A DNA stretch of 64,000 bases. It comes from Amoebidium appalachense (taxonomy: Eukaryota > Protista > Ichthyosporea). The notes beneath the pieces are model-generated. The model ran no database searches. It was given only the letters and a program-made list of their open reading frames with translations, and had not been told where the DNA came from. Position 1 is the stretch's first letter, and every line of letters begins with the position of its first letter. The DNA lies in NCBI GenBank assembly GCA_963693365.1, contig CAVNZM010000001.1, positions 6,216,907-6,280,906 on the forward strand. The letters are read 5' to 3'. Shown here one piece after another: positions 40,231 to 63,798 of this stretch. The translations under genes were made by a program, and so were the position numbers.

Positions 40231-41088
40231 TGTTAGTGGTGGTGGTGGTGGTGGGGGGGGGAACAACAGGCACCTGGTTTGCATAAATGGTATTTATGTT
40301 GCGGCCATCAGTGCAAACTGCTGATTGCATGCGGCCTAAGACGCCCATCCCCCAGAGAGGGCAAATCTACATACAGGCTGGCCTTCATTGGCTTTATCAT
40401 GAGACACCTAGAGCCATATTTCACTCCGAAAGTTCCTACTTGCGGGCTTGCAGGCTGCACAAACCAAGCCGGACACAAACTTTTCACAGCCAACGATTTT
40501 CAGGTTTGCATCAAAATTCGTGTTTCATCAAATGAATAATGCATTGCGTGAACAAGACACCCCCCCCCCCCCCCCCTCCCCCCCGTATACTACTCGTTAC
40601 TTGTGCTCTTCCCAACCCACACCCTAACCCCTGCACACCCCAAATACAACAAGAAACGGGGCTTGATGATTTCAGGGGGGTAGAACCTAAAAATGTTCTC
40701 CCCGGTTTCAGCATCCAACTAACACCACGAAACAGCTTTACCTGATTGATATAGTCCCCTGAAAGAAAAATGATTGATAAAGAGGAAAAGCACACACACA
40801 GGCACGATGTGTACAACTAAACCGCGCGTACGGGCTGATGCTTGTGCGTTTCTATTGGCCTGGTGTGTGTGCGTGTGTTGAGTGAAAGTATGTGTGTTTG
40901 AATAAGCATGAGGTTAGCAAAAGGTGCACGTGTCCCTTTACATCTGTAGCATTCTGGTGTGTTCTTAAATGCTTGCTGAAAAGCACAATCCATTAAGTAG
41001 AAAACATAAAGGCCAAGACAATGACCATACATATATAAACGGGAAAAAAGCCCTGCAAGTTATGTTAAGACAACCGAAAACACATATA

Positions 41089-42102
41089 TCACGCCCCACG
41101 CACCGTACTCTTGATGTTGCCGTTCTTCTTCAAATCCCTCTTCACACGAGTGAACGGCGAGATGCTGGGGTCGGTGATGTACATGTAAATAACCTTCACC
41201 CACGAATCGTGAATTACCAAGCCCTTCCCCTCGGAACTTTTCCAGCGGTGGTCGTAGTATTCGGGGGCAATCGCTTTAACCTCAGGCAGCCTGAAGCCGC
41301 TAACCTTGGGGAAATCGTGGTGCTCGTTATGGTAGCCAACGTTAAAGCACACCCAGTTAAGGGGGCCGTAGTAGGAGTACGTCTCCTGTCCACGCACAAA
41401 TTCATAGTGTTCCGCAATGAAGTGCCCGGCAACGGGGTGAAGGCCCATACCGAGAAGGGTGGAGGCACACAGATAGACCACTGACCACCCTCCATACCTC
41501 TGTGCCATGAAGCAGTTGAACGCAACCACCGTGAGGAGATTCAAGAACTCCATGGGGCGGAGGGGCTTGGGTGCCACGACCAGTGGGCGAATAGCATAGA
41601 ACACTGGCTGGAGGAAGCACCAGAGAACCTTTCTTAGTGTCGTGTTGAAAACTGCACCCTCCCATTCCGTGGGAAGGTCTGTGTCCATGCCTTCGTGGCC
41701 CTGGTATATGTGGTGCACGAGATGGTATTTTTTGAACGTGATGGATGAGGGCAACCCTTGTCCCAGGTTTGCAAACAGGCCGAGCATTTCGTTGGGGAGG
41801 GTCGTGTTGAAACAGAGGCAGTGTGAGAGCTCGTGATTGGCCAAACTAAGTGCGTGTGTAATGGTACCACCGAGGCTGTATGCTACAAACCAGAACACCC
41901 ATGAGGGCCACTGGGGGGCCATGGATGCTAGCCACCATTGCAGCAAAACGAGCCCCACCACGCAGGGGAGCAGGCGGATATCGGGGCCGTAAAGGTCACG
42001 TATCTGTGGGTATTTGGCTAGGATCTCTTTCCTTCTGCTTGCGTGTGGCTCGTCGGACCCTACCCAGTGAAACTCCTTAGGGATTGTCTGTACGTTACCC
42101 AT
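41089..42102 (-). CDS. DEGS1: Sphingolipid delta(4)-desaturase (DES1/DEGS family), intronless, 337 aa
   Basis: MGNVQT...EPHASRRKEILAKYPQI N-terminal domain; three His boxes HELSH, HLVHH, HNEHH; GLHPVAGHFIAEH and QETYSYYGPLN motifs. The start is placed at the MG methionine (42102). Confidence 0.96.
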   Translation of the reverse strand: MGNVQTIPKEFHWVGSDEPHASRRKEILAKYPQIRDLYGPDIRLLPCVVGLVLLQWWLASMAPQWPSWVFWFVAYSLGGTITHALSLANHELSHCLCFNTTLPNEMLGLFANLGQGLPSSITFKKYHLVHHIYQGHEGMDTDLPTEWEGAVFNTTLRKVLWCFLQPVFYAIRPLVVAPKPLRPMEFLNLLTVVAFNCFMAQRYGGWSVVYLCASTLLGMGLHPVAGHFIAEHYEFVRGQETYSYYGPLNWVCFNVGYHNEHHDFPKVSGFRLPEVKAIAPEYYDHRWKSSEGKGLVIHDSWVKVIYMYITDPSISPFTRVKRDLKKNGNIKSTVRGA

Positions 42103-44368
42103 GTTTAAAACTGAGCTTTGCCCTAAGAACGAGAAGAGAAAACCTAACACGGCTATTGACCGTCCTACCCAAGCACCACCACCACGAATGTGTTCACAAT
42201 TTCGATGAAGGAAAGCATGTAAGTCTACCCCTCGCTAACACCCAAAAAAGCTACGCTACCTCTCAAATCCTTGGGCCTATGCTACGGTGCAACTTCCAAA
42301 ACATAAAACACAAGAACGGGGGAAAGCTCGTGTAAGCGAAGGATTCCGAAAGACTTCGCGAACACGGGGTCGCTTTTTGGACGACGTGACTTGAACTGAA
42401 ATCGGGTGGTGGGAGCAAAAGGCCGACACATGTCGGACAAAAGATTTGTGGCCATATAAAGATATGACATGAAACCAATAGGAAGGCAGGTTTGTTTCCA
42501 CAGTTTGGCCGTCACAACGGTGGGTGCTGACCCAGTTTATTTTCAGGCACGGGCAGAAGATATACATGTACTAGATTATATTTCATATTTAGCGCATAAA
42601 AAACTACTTAAACAAATGTAATAACATAATTGCAATGCTTTTTAGAGAGGCTACAATATGATACATAGTTGAGATAGATTCCGCCGTGGATGGGGTGCAT
42701 GACATTTAGCCAATACGTATATTCTAGAAGGTAGTTGGTAATATACTGTAGGTGTAGATCTTTTGTGTGCACAGCAGCCTACAAATTTTTGTAGATAGCA
42801 AAACTATATGCATGATTTTTTTATTTTTGAAGCAAAGCTATATTAGAAGCATCCAACTCTACTTTTTGGGGGGCGAAGAAATCTACATACCGTGATACAT
42901 TTCGTTTAGTCATGAGACGGCGATCCAGCGCCCGGCGCGCGCGGGATCGTCCCGCCCATCATTAGCCAACGTGCCGTTTTCCCAAAAGAAGAGGAACTAT
43001 AGGTAAAAGCCCTACGTCATTCATATTTCAAAAGTTCTATAATAATAATCCACACAGACACGGGTTTTACATGCTACTTGAATCGACTGGTCCGCTAAGA
43101 AGCCCTATAACATGATTATGCACACCTGAACTAGAGTTGCCGCGCTCCAGCACGCCATGTCTACCGACCAATCACAATTTCTTCTGGAACGAGTATATGG
43201 CCGAAAAGCTCTTCAACGTCTGATGTAGCAACCCCAATGCATGGCATGACTGCACCAGAGAGTGCACATGTTGACAGACCGGCATTGCTAAAAGACGAGA
43301 AGTAGTAGATTTGAAAGCATAAAACAGTAATGGGAAATATTTTTTGTTTGCACCGAACCTATCGAAATGCTATGCAAGATGGCACGGTGCGCTCTACTTT
43401 AATCATTTGCCCACAAGCCGGATAGCTTTACTCTATTTGCAGCAACCTCAATGATATCCCGACTTCTTGGATAACAAAACTTTTCATGAGCAGAAAAAAT
43501 TCCTATGGATTTGCTCAATTGTTGTATTGTTATAGCCTGATGTAGCAGTACTGTTCTCATGCTATTCAAAGTAATAAATGTAATAAAAAAAAAAAATGTA
43601 TCAACTTTGGTGGTTCTATAAAAGCATGTCGCACTAGTGAGAGATGTTCTGTAGGCGAGGCTCCGATTCCCAGGTGAAAGTTTTCTTTTGACTCGGTTTT
43701 ATCGATCCGTTGATGAAAGCAACGTGCAGCCACAGTACATAACCACCAATAGAACTGAAAAAGCCAAAGCGGCTACGAAATAAAAATAGTTCAGAGTTAC
43801 TTTAATAACTATCTCAGGGATATTTGATTGGTGATCACGACACTAAAGCTAACCAATCAATCAATAGCGCGCCTATCTTGCTACCATATATAGCTAAACT
43901 ATTTACGCAACCGCCATCGTATAGATTTCATTGGCTCCTCGCCTCGAGGGCACTCAGCAAGCTGACACGCGTGAGTTTTGTTTATCTTCGTTTCCGGTTT
44001 GCCACGTGTTTTGCTTTTCATGCGTGTGAGCTCGAGGCGCCTGAAGCACACTGAAAACACGTGTATTTGTACACACATAATGCAACTTAGGTGGACACGT
44101 ACAAATTATTTTCTGAAGTATACGAGACAATCCCTTTGTCCGGATCCACATTAAGGCGTTTCATCATCTGAGGTGTCACGAAGGGTCTCTTGTAGCTTCA
44201 AATTAGTTACGTGGATAGACAAGAATAGCTACCCAATCACCAATACAGCTGCGCCTTAGAGGAATGCCGCGTTGGTGGAGTGACGTAAAATAAATTGGTT
44301 TTCTATGGATCTTGCCACTAAATCCTGACCCAATACATCGAACCACCTGTGCTAAAACCACTTACACG

Positions 44369-53874
<9,506 letters not shown>

Positions 53875-54024
53875 TTTGTCGGCGGGATTGATTTGTTTAG
53901 GTGGTGGACGGGAAAGAGGCGAGCGAAATCGACTGTCGAGATGTGTGTGTGTGTTGGGTGGGGTGGGGGGGGGGGGGGGGGGGGGGGGGGGTTTCAAATG
54001 TTTCATTTTTCTTTTTTCTTTTTT

Positions 54025-54076
<52 letters not shown>

Positions 54077-54200
54077 ATATACTGTCCGTTGCTTTAACTT
54101 AAACTAGGTTGTTGAATCATTTTGACTATGTACGAAGCGTGCATACAGATGCCCATATGTGACGTTCCATATATACATTACTACTTTGGCTAATACAGTA

Positions 54201-54670
54201 TGGGCCTTAGCCTCTAAAGCTGTCAAATCGATCGGTCCAAAATCCCCCCTTTTTGAGCGATCGGAGCATGAGAATGGAGCATGATATTCAGGAAATTTCA
54301 ACGTGGAAAGATAGCTTATGATGTGCACTTTAAAAGTGCCCGGTTACTTTTTTTCTCTGACCGCAAGAACATTGTGTAAATTCGTGTTGAAAATTTAATT
54401 TTTCATATGTAGCCCAAAATTGGCCGCTCCACCGTAACCCATAGAAGGAGGGGTGCTGGACCCATCAATATGGGGTGCAAAATGCTCAGCTCGCCAAATC
54501 AAGGCCAGTCCTCGGTATCAGATTTTCAAAATTTCTTTTTTTTCTCGAGATATTTACATTTTTCTAATCGGACCCCCCCGGCCTGAGCCCCCACCGTGAA
54601 ATTTCGCTTGTGGCCCGTTGATGGGCCCATACGTGCCGATGACTGTGACAATGTACTATGCCCCGTGTGT

Positions 54671-54738
<68 letters not shown>

Positions 54739-56344
54739 CGTGAAGCTTTGTGGGATCAGTGTGTGTGTCAAATGGTGTGAAACTCTGTGGGTCTCCCAGT
54801 GCACATGCATATGATGCACAGTGCTGTGTGTGTGGTTGTGTGTGCTTGTCTGTGTGAGTAACCAAGGTGTATTACGTGGGTGTGTGCGCGCACGATGCAC
54901 TATGCTGTGTTTTTAGCGTGGCACACACGTGCTTCTCCTACTGTTGGCTCTGCACCTGCCTTAGCTCTATTCATAAGCAAAGTTAGGGGATTTCCGGTTT
55001 TCTGTAGTTGTGCCTTAAAGGCACCAACTCCTGTTGCAAGTTCTGCTTCCTCCCTCTGAATGCGTGCATCGTCATTTTTTTCCGAATAGAACTCGGCCTC
55101 TGACTGTGTGTATGTGTCATCCTGAGGGTTTATGAACTGTCCCTTACTGTTTCTATTTAAATGTTGGAATCGTCCCGTTGCCGGGTCTCTATCAGAGGGG
55201 CTCATTCCACTGAAACTTTTCTTGAAAACTGAAAGTGGTTGTCTGACTCGAACACTGTTTGCACGGGCCAAATACAAAGTGATTGGACAACAGCAAACGG
55301 CTTAGCCTTAAAAGGCAAGTCTGGTGGCTCAACTAACAACGTGCATGCAACTCACAACTCATACGTAGGTATCCGTTTGCCTGTGGCAGACACGGTCACA
55401 ACTATATGTACAGCGACGAAAAGGTTACAGATAAACCAAACCATGGCTCGTATAGAAGAGGCACGAAACATGATCAGCGTTGCAACACACGACAAGAGCT
55501 ATTTACAGTTTATAAAATATTACCCTAACCGAGATTCTACAGCCATGGGCGAGGTGTCAAGTTTGTGGAGTGATGATGCGTTCATCATCTATTTCAATGT
55601 CCCAAATACGGCCTTCGACACAGTGGTGAACGCGCGAGACCTTGTGCCAGGGAGAGTCTGCTACACAGCTGTCCCCTACGCAAGTTGTGCGTCGCAAGTG
55701 GAAGTATGAGTATCTAGTTGCTAGGGACAAGTACGGTAACGTCCATCCTAACTACGCTCAAGTTTGCGCAGGCGTCAGCTGGGCTGCACGCAAAATATTA
55801 GCCAAGCTGTAACAGAGTTGCAAAGGCGCCTTAGGTGCTTAGCCCTGAAAAACGTTTATTGGTGCACACACATCTTTTAGATGTAATCACCAAGACCTCC
55901 CCCTCCTCATTCCCTCATTCCCACCATAATCACTTAAGGCACACACGGCATCGCTCGTGTGTCATGGGCAGGCCACAGTTGTATACACTTGTGGGGCATT
56001 TAAAGCCAGCTCCCCTCGACAAACGTACGTAGAGGAAACACACAGACACACAATACACAAACACTTGCTTGTATTGCACACGCTTCGACCGACACACAAG
56101 TCAGACAGAAAACACCGGCCGGCCAGGGCCCGGTATCGGGTCAAGTCGGGTCGGGTCAAGTGAGGTGATTCGGGTCGAGTCGGGTCGGGTCGGGTCGGGC
56201 ACAAAATTGGCCAAAAAATTTTATTGCGGCAATCGACGCGCCTCGTCGAGCTGGTTCGGGCCACCGTTTCGGATTTTTTTTCCGATTTTTTTTTTTTTAA
56301 AAAATCGCGATTGATTTTTGGCTCCCTATAGAGGCTAAGGCCCA
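54201..56344. mobile_element. 2.1-kb non-autonomous TIR element
   Basis: Perfect 16-bp inverted termini TGGGCCTTAGCCTCTA (54201-54216) and TAGAGGCTAAGGCCCA (56329-56344), each flanked by TA. CGGGT repeats at 56135-56200. Two divergent non-repetitive ORFs inside (54900-55277 minus, 55239-55709 plus). Confidence 0.7.
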
Positions 56345-57326
56345 TAGCGTTAAGAGATTTGAAACACATTACTACTTTAGCTAATAGATACAGTATGAAC
56401 TTACCCTGTTGAAAAAATAGTATTGAATGATATATATCTCTCTCTCTCTCTGTTTTTGGTTTTTTTTTGTTTTTTTTTGTTTATGAGAAAAATTTTGTTT
56501 ACATTCCCTTCTTTGTATTCATGCATTGACCCACAGTAACCCATGTTGAATCTTGAAAGAATGTGTTGGTTGACGAATATTATTTACACTGCTCAGACCG
56601 AAAGGTGGAGTGCTGTGTACAGTATTACCTGTGTTTGCAGTGCCATGTGCCCCGGTCTATGCCCCCCGCCCCCCCCCCCAAAAAAAAAAAGGAAAAGAAG
56701 AAAAGAAGGGGGGGGAGGGACCCCTACGTGCGCACGTGTGTGTGTACGCGTGCGCACACGTGTGTTCAATCTCTGCCTGTGATTTTTAGTCCACGCACCA
56801 ACTCGTGTGTCGTCTGTGACGTGTGTGTGTTATGTGGTTGTGGCATTGCATGCGGGTATGTGTGTGCACCTGACCAGAGCAAAGGGGGAGGGAAAGGGGG
56901 TGGCCGGGGGGGGGGGGGGGGGATGGCTTGAAAAGAGAGAAGAGTCGATGGGCCTGGGGGTGGGGGTAGAGGGGGGTGTGGGGGGACTCCGGGGGAGAGG
57001 GGGGAGGGACGGGTAGTGAGAGACAAAGGTGTGTGTGTGTGTGTGTGTGTGTGCATGTGCCTGCTCATGTATGTGTGTGTGTGTGTAACAAATTGTGTGT
57101 TTGTGACACAGGCTGCCCTCTTTAGTACAGACGTCGTGTTCGTTAGCTTAGTAGTGGAGGCACCGCTTCTCCGGCAGCTGGCAACACAACGGGATTGCTC
57201 ACGTGTACAATGTCAGACGTGAGTAAGGAAGCAGTAGTGGGAAGTTCAACTGTGCAGAAACCTTAAGATTCTGCCGTTTGGGCCGGGATAATGCAAGGCA
57301 TGTTTTTTCTCTCCCTGTTATTGTGT

Positions 57327-57357
<31 letters not shown>

Positions 57358-57947
57358 GGGAGGGTGGGTTGGTGGGTGGGTTTGTTTGCTGGTGGGTGGG
57401 TCACGGGGTGGGTGGTTGGGTGGGTGGGTGGGGAGTGGGTGCTGAAATCCATGAACGGTTGCCGCTGTGGTGAGGCTGTGGGGAAACACTTAAACTACCG
57501 TAGCCTTTCGCGAATGCATCCATGGCACATGTGAAGCTATAGGTACCAGTGTGCCACCAGTGGCATGCTTGCGTGCGGGCTACTAGTGGGTGAAGCGTTG
57601 TGGGCGTGTGTGTAGTGTACGTGCATGTGTGCGTATCATCTTGTACGTACGTGTGCGTGCGTGCGTGTGTGCGTGTGTGTGTGTGTGCATGTGTGTGTGT
57701 GTGTGTGTGTGTTCGCGCGCGTGAACGCGTTCCATTTGTGTCGTGTAAATGTGTTTGCATGTAAATGTGTTCGAGTTTGAGTTTGTATGGTGTCTGTTGC
57801 CTCCGTTGCAACTCTGCGTAAAGACTAGGCGTGAATTCCTCTTTTTGTCTGGGTGTGCAAGCGCGCTTGCATGTGCATGCATGCCTGTTTGTTGGTTTCA
57901 TGTGTCTGCACAGAGCCGGGTGTGTGTGCATGTGTGTGTTTGTGTGT

Positions 57948-57984
<37 letters not shown>

Positions 57985-58009
57985 CCCTGCGTGCGTGTGC
58001 GTGCGTGTG

Positions 58010-58044
<35 letters not shown>

Positions 58045-58504
58045 CAAGTAACATCAAGAACATGCACACCCCATTCTCGTGCATCTTATAACCACGATAC
58101 TACACCACGTGGTCAGGTCCACGCCATTGCAAAAGAAGAAACAGAGAATGTGAATTCTGACACGTGGAACGAGAGGCGTGTGGAAAGAGCGTGACGTCAT
58201 TTCAGTGATTCCAAGCCAATAAATTTGCACCTGCTCATGCTTGCCTTTTGGCAGGCTTTTTTTCACACCCGTCTTGACCGCAAACCCCAGAACCGCAGCC
58301 CGCACTCCTCCGCAGGCTGCTACTCAGAGGCGAGCTTGTTTGCAGAAAACACCTGTGCTTTAGAAAAGAATTATGTCTAATTCACGGCCATCTAGAAACA
58401 CCCTAGATGGCCGTGGTCTAATTAACCATAAATTTTTTTTACTTCCTGCTAATGGTCTCATGAATCTGAGCCTACGAAGTGGAACCCGCTGACTTGGTTC
58501 CAAG

Positions 58505-58984
58505 CAGAGATGGGGCGGAAGGTTTCGGGTTGGTCCAGTCTGGTCAGCCAACCCGAATATTTTTTAAGACCTCCGCTAGGCTACTCGACCTTGATATTTT
58601 TCGGGCGCCTGGAAATGGTCTGGGTTGGGCTGGCGGGTACTACCAAATATAGCTAATGTATAACCAAATATAGCTAACCTGTTTGCGCAAAATGACCTGG
58701 GCAGCGCACTCCGTGGCGTCATATGTCGGCTCCGGGACCAACCCAGCCCACACTCAAAAACATACAGTGACATCCACTCACATAAAACTACATTACGTCG
58801 AACCAGCTCAGGGTTTTCCAAGTCACAAACACTCTGTTACTACTGGGGAGAGGCCAGATCGGGCCTCCGCAGCCCAAACGCCCTAGCCCAACCCGAAAAT
58901 ATTTCGGGTTGGTCTGGTCAGCCCAACCCGAAAGTTTTTCGGGCTGGAACGGGCTGACCAGACCAGACCACCCCCCCATCTCTG
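58505..58984. mobile_element. 480-bp hAT-like MITE upstream of the thymosin promoter
   Basis: 11-bp perfect TIRs CAGAGATGGGG / CCCCATCTCTG; multiple AACCCGAA / TTCGGGTT and GGTCAG subterminal repeats. The TSD is not cleanly preserved. Confidence 0.75.
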
Positions 58985-59044
58985 GTCAAGGCTAGAATTA
59001 GAGCAGCACGATTGGCTTAAAATCGTACGCTCTTCGCGGACATG

Positions 59045-59087
59045 CCTTATATGGTAGGTAAACAAGATTCCTTCGCAGGTATATAAA
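59045..59087 (+). promoter_or_regulatory. CArG box plus TATA box of the beta-thymosin gene
   Basis: CCTTATATGG (59045-59054) matches CC(A/T)6GG; TATATAAA at 59080-59087. Probable 5'UTR intron 59139-59516 (gtaaat...ttctaac...ttgacag). Confidence 0.6.
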
Positions 59088-59530
59088 CACCGCCTGGTTC
59101 AAAGCTGACCAGTTTTTCTCCGGAAGTTAAAAAAGAAGGTAAATATTCTATTTCGGTCTTCCCTCATCCTGTTTCGTTGTAAACCTCCGCGCTTTTGGGC
59201 CCTGCCTGAAGCAATGTTTTTCAGGTGGACGAAAAACCTGAGAAATATGAACGAATAGATGCAAAGATCTTTTGTTCCCCCACATCCCTGCCATACATAG
59301 CGCCGTAAGTGTGGCGCACGTACACGTTCCCCAGTGCGTGATGGTTGACTCTTTTGGAGTATTGCATGGCTTGTCTTCTCGCAGCAGTTTTTCTTTATGA
59401 TATAATGCCATTTTTGGGCTTAGGACAGCTCGCATAAGCACATTCGTGGGACATCGGTTCTGGTTGACTCTGGATAGCCTGCGGAGATTTCTAACCAGGC
59501 CTGATTACTTTGACAGGTGTTGTAAAGTAA

Positions 59531-60190
<660 letters not shown>

Positions 60191-61059
60191 TGAGCACCTC
60201 TCTGGTACTATATAGGCCGCCTGGATGCCGCTCTGCATCCGTTATACCGTCAAGTGTCAAGGGTGCACATGCCAACGTATGAAGATGAACAATCAACAGT
60301 GATTACTTTCGTCAAAATCTTGAAATAAAAGTTCAGTGATTGCGAGAGTTTCCCTTGCCTCTTCACGTTCGCTAAAACGTTGTCTTCAGAGCTGGCACTA
60401 GCGGAAATATCCTCCTCCCCCCCTCCACCCCCCCCCCCCCCCCCCCCCCCCCCACAAAAGCCCAACCGGTAGAACTCTAAGAACGATCCAAGCAGAACCT
60501 CCCCAGCCCCCCCCCCCCCCCCCCCCCCCCCCTTTCCGTTCGGAAGCCCCTCCGGTCTTAAACTTCTGCTGTCCGAATGCCTATGCCATTTCATTTAAAA
60601 CCCCTCCGCTCATGCGTGCATAGGGGCTGGTTTAGGAATTCTCGCTACACCTCGGTCGGTGTAATGAGAGCAACCCGTACATACGCGTCCTCACATACAA
60701 GCACATCTATTCGCTGTAGAGGCACCCAAACGTGCGTTATGTCGATGCTTATGTTTTTGCATGGATAGAGAAGTTTTGAGGTTTCCGTAATCTGAGATCC
60801 ATACCTTTAACAACAGATATCCTTGTTGACCTATTTAGCCTTCGGCTAGGCCTCTTACAAACTAATCTGGGCAAACCTAGCCTGCAACATGATCTCAAAG
60901 GTCTCAAAGGATGGAGCCCATGACAGTACATACTTGGTCCCGTAAGTGCCACTTGACATGCTAAACTCGCATTAAAATCCCGCTCACCCATTTCGGGATA
61001 AAGACGTGGCTGTAAGTAAGAAAAAGGCTCAGGCTTCATGACACAGCAAAAAGCAGCTG

Positions 61060-61114
61060 GTGTGACGTCACCACCAAGCATCTGATTGGTTCAGCGACAA
61101 AAAGCGCGGGAAAA
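61060..61114 (+). promoter_or_regulatory. Putative MCM9 promoter: CRE, CCAAT and E2F-like sites
   Basis: GTGACGTCAC (~61062), ATTGG (~61085) and GCGCGGGAAA (61104-61113) are clustered ~1.5 kb upstream of the first recognisable MCM9 coding exon. Confidence 0.45.
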
Positions 61115-61772
61115 TGTCCTGATGATGAACCATGACACAACTACAAATATGTATGACCAGCAGCATCGGGTGTTGCTGTTACGGTCTAACCTATGTTCGC
61201 TTTTAAAAGTTTGGTGTGGATTCGTAGACCAACGCAACGCGCATATGCATGTTATGAAAAAGAATGACAACAAGTGCATCTTGTGCAACTCGACGCTCAA
61301 TTGATCAGTTCTGAGTAACGGATTGAGTGAGTGCACAAACGTGCGTTCGTCATGTGTTACTGAGTGAGTGCACGTGTACGTTCATGTCATGTGTTACTGT
61401 TAGGCTCCAAGAGTTTAGTAGTCTGAACCATACGGGTTAAAAGAATCGGACACGTTTAAAGAGTTCTATGCACCGACCTTTCAGTTGCGGTTTGGGCAGG
61501 TAGCCAAGATTTCAGGACCGAGAACGGCAAGGTAACAACATGGAGGGGGGATATTCCCGCTACCTAGACGTAAACGCCTACTCAAAGGAGGAGTACCGAG
61601 GTATGCTGTTTGTTTAGGGAATATGTACAGTGGCGTGCGTGTGCACATGTATTTGTGTGGTTGTGTGCTTGTGTGTTTGTATGTACGTGTGTTCACATCT
61701 GAGTGAGTGTTGCAAGTCTGTGCATGTGCGTTCCCGTGTGTGTGGGTGTATGTGTGTGTGTATGTGTGTGTA

Positions 61773-61842
<70 letters not shown>

Positions 61843-61862
61843 GCGCACGTGTGTGTGCGTGC

Positions 61863-61970
<108 letters not shown>

Positions 61971-62598
61971 TTGTTTGTGTATTTGCTTTTTGCGCGTGTA
62001 CGTGTGCGCATGCACGCGTGGCAGTGTGTGTGGATGTGTATGTGTGTATGTGTGTGTGTTTATCTGCGTGTGCAGCGACGCACTTTCACATCTTCTGCAC
62101 TGGTGTGGTTTGTGCCTGTGCATCCGCCAGTGATTGCAATAGGCCCTGCCCTGAGACCTACCCCCTCCTCCCCCAACCCCCCCTCCCCCTCCCCTTTCCC
62201 CCTCCCCCTCCCCCCCGCCTGCCCCCCTCCCCCCCCCCCCCCCCCCCCCGTTTTTCTTGCAGCCGTGTTGAAGTTTGAGAGGTACATGTTTTCCAAATTG
62301 CATCGGCACCAAACCGCATATCAAAGCTCCCCCCCCCCCCCCCCCCCTCCCCTTCGGAGGAAAAAACAAACACACATATTCACATTCTTATAAAATGCTC
62401 ACTCAATCACATCGAGATACGTATATATGCGCATGGCAGGGGCATAAGGCCGTTTGCTCAACACAAAAGCACACACAGACTTCTCTGAAGTACTCACACA
62501 CAACAAAAAGAGCTTAGGTCATATTTTCTCTGTCTCCATTCTCCTGATATTTAACCCATGTCTTGAGAAGGTGGCTGCTCGTGATCGAAGAAGACAAA

Positions 62599-62778
62599 AT
62601 GGGGGAAGAAGGCTATCATGCCCAATCATTCTTCTATACCGTGACTATCCCCCCCCCCCCCCTCCCCCCCCCCCCCCCCTCTCCCCCCTTCCCCCTCAAC
62701 ACCTTCTACACCCCCCCTCCCCCACCAAATACCCAACCTCTGTTGCTGCCTTGCGCAGATTCATTCGTTAACACACTG

Positions 62779-62813
<35 letters not shown>

Positions 62814-62842
62814 CCCCTCTTTTTGTTCCCCCCCCCCCCCCC

Positions 62843-62874
<32 letters not shown>

Positions 62875-63140
62875 TTTGCAGAGGCATTTGTCGGTCTCCT
62901 TCAGGACACGTACATGGCCGACATAGAGCATATCCTGCTTGGAGAGGATGAAGCAGCACACTACGGCTTAACCATAGAGTATGGACCCCCCCCCATCCCC
63001 CCTGCCTGCATACACACACATACACACATACACACAGGGGCTCACGCATGCACACGCGCGTGTGCGCACACATACACACACACACAGGCACACACACACA
63101 CGCACACGCACACATACACGCACACGCACGCGCGCGCGCG

Positions 63141-63191
<51 letters not shown>

Positions 63192-63766
63192 GCAAGCACA
63201 CACACACACAAGCAAGCACACACACACAAACACACACACACTGAAAACACCATCAACTTCCTCTGCCATCAGAGAAGAGATCGCGTGGCCATGACCCACT
63301 GCATTAGATACATATATGCACCAACCTCTTGGTCTCCTTTTCCAGGATTACCCCCCTCCCGGCCCCCCTTATCGCCCCCTCACCCCCCCTCCCTCTCTAT
63401 CATCCCTTCCTTCCTCTACCCCTTAGACTATAAGCAAATTGAATCCAACACAATGGCCATAAATGGTAACATTATTATCAAAACTCATCATCAAACATAC
63501 ATTGATAGCAATAGCGAGCTTTAACCCACATCCACCCACCCAGCATGGTAGAGCTGATCAACTACAATGCGCAACTTGGGTCTCTTCTGATTCGCTACCC
63601 CCTTAAGCTACTTCCCATATTTGACGATGCTATCAGGGACGTCCAATCATCTGCCTTCACAGACCATGCACTACGTCATCAGCTGGTATAACCCCCCCCC
63701 CCCCCCCTCTCCCTCCCTCCTGTCCTCCCTCCCCACCCTCTCCTCCCCCCTCCCCCCCCATCCCCC

Positions 63767-63798
<32 letters not shown>

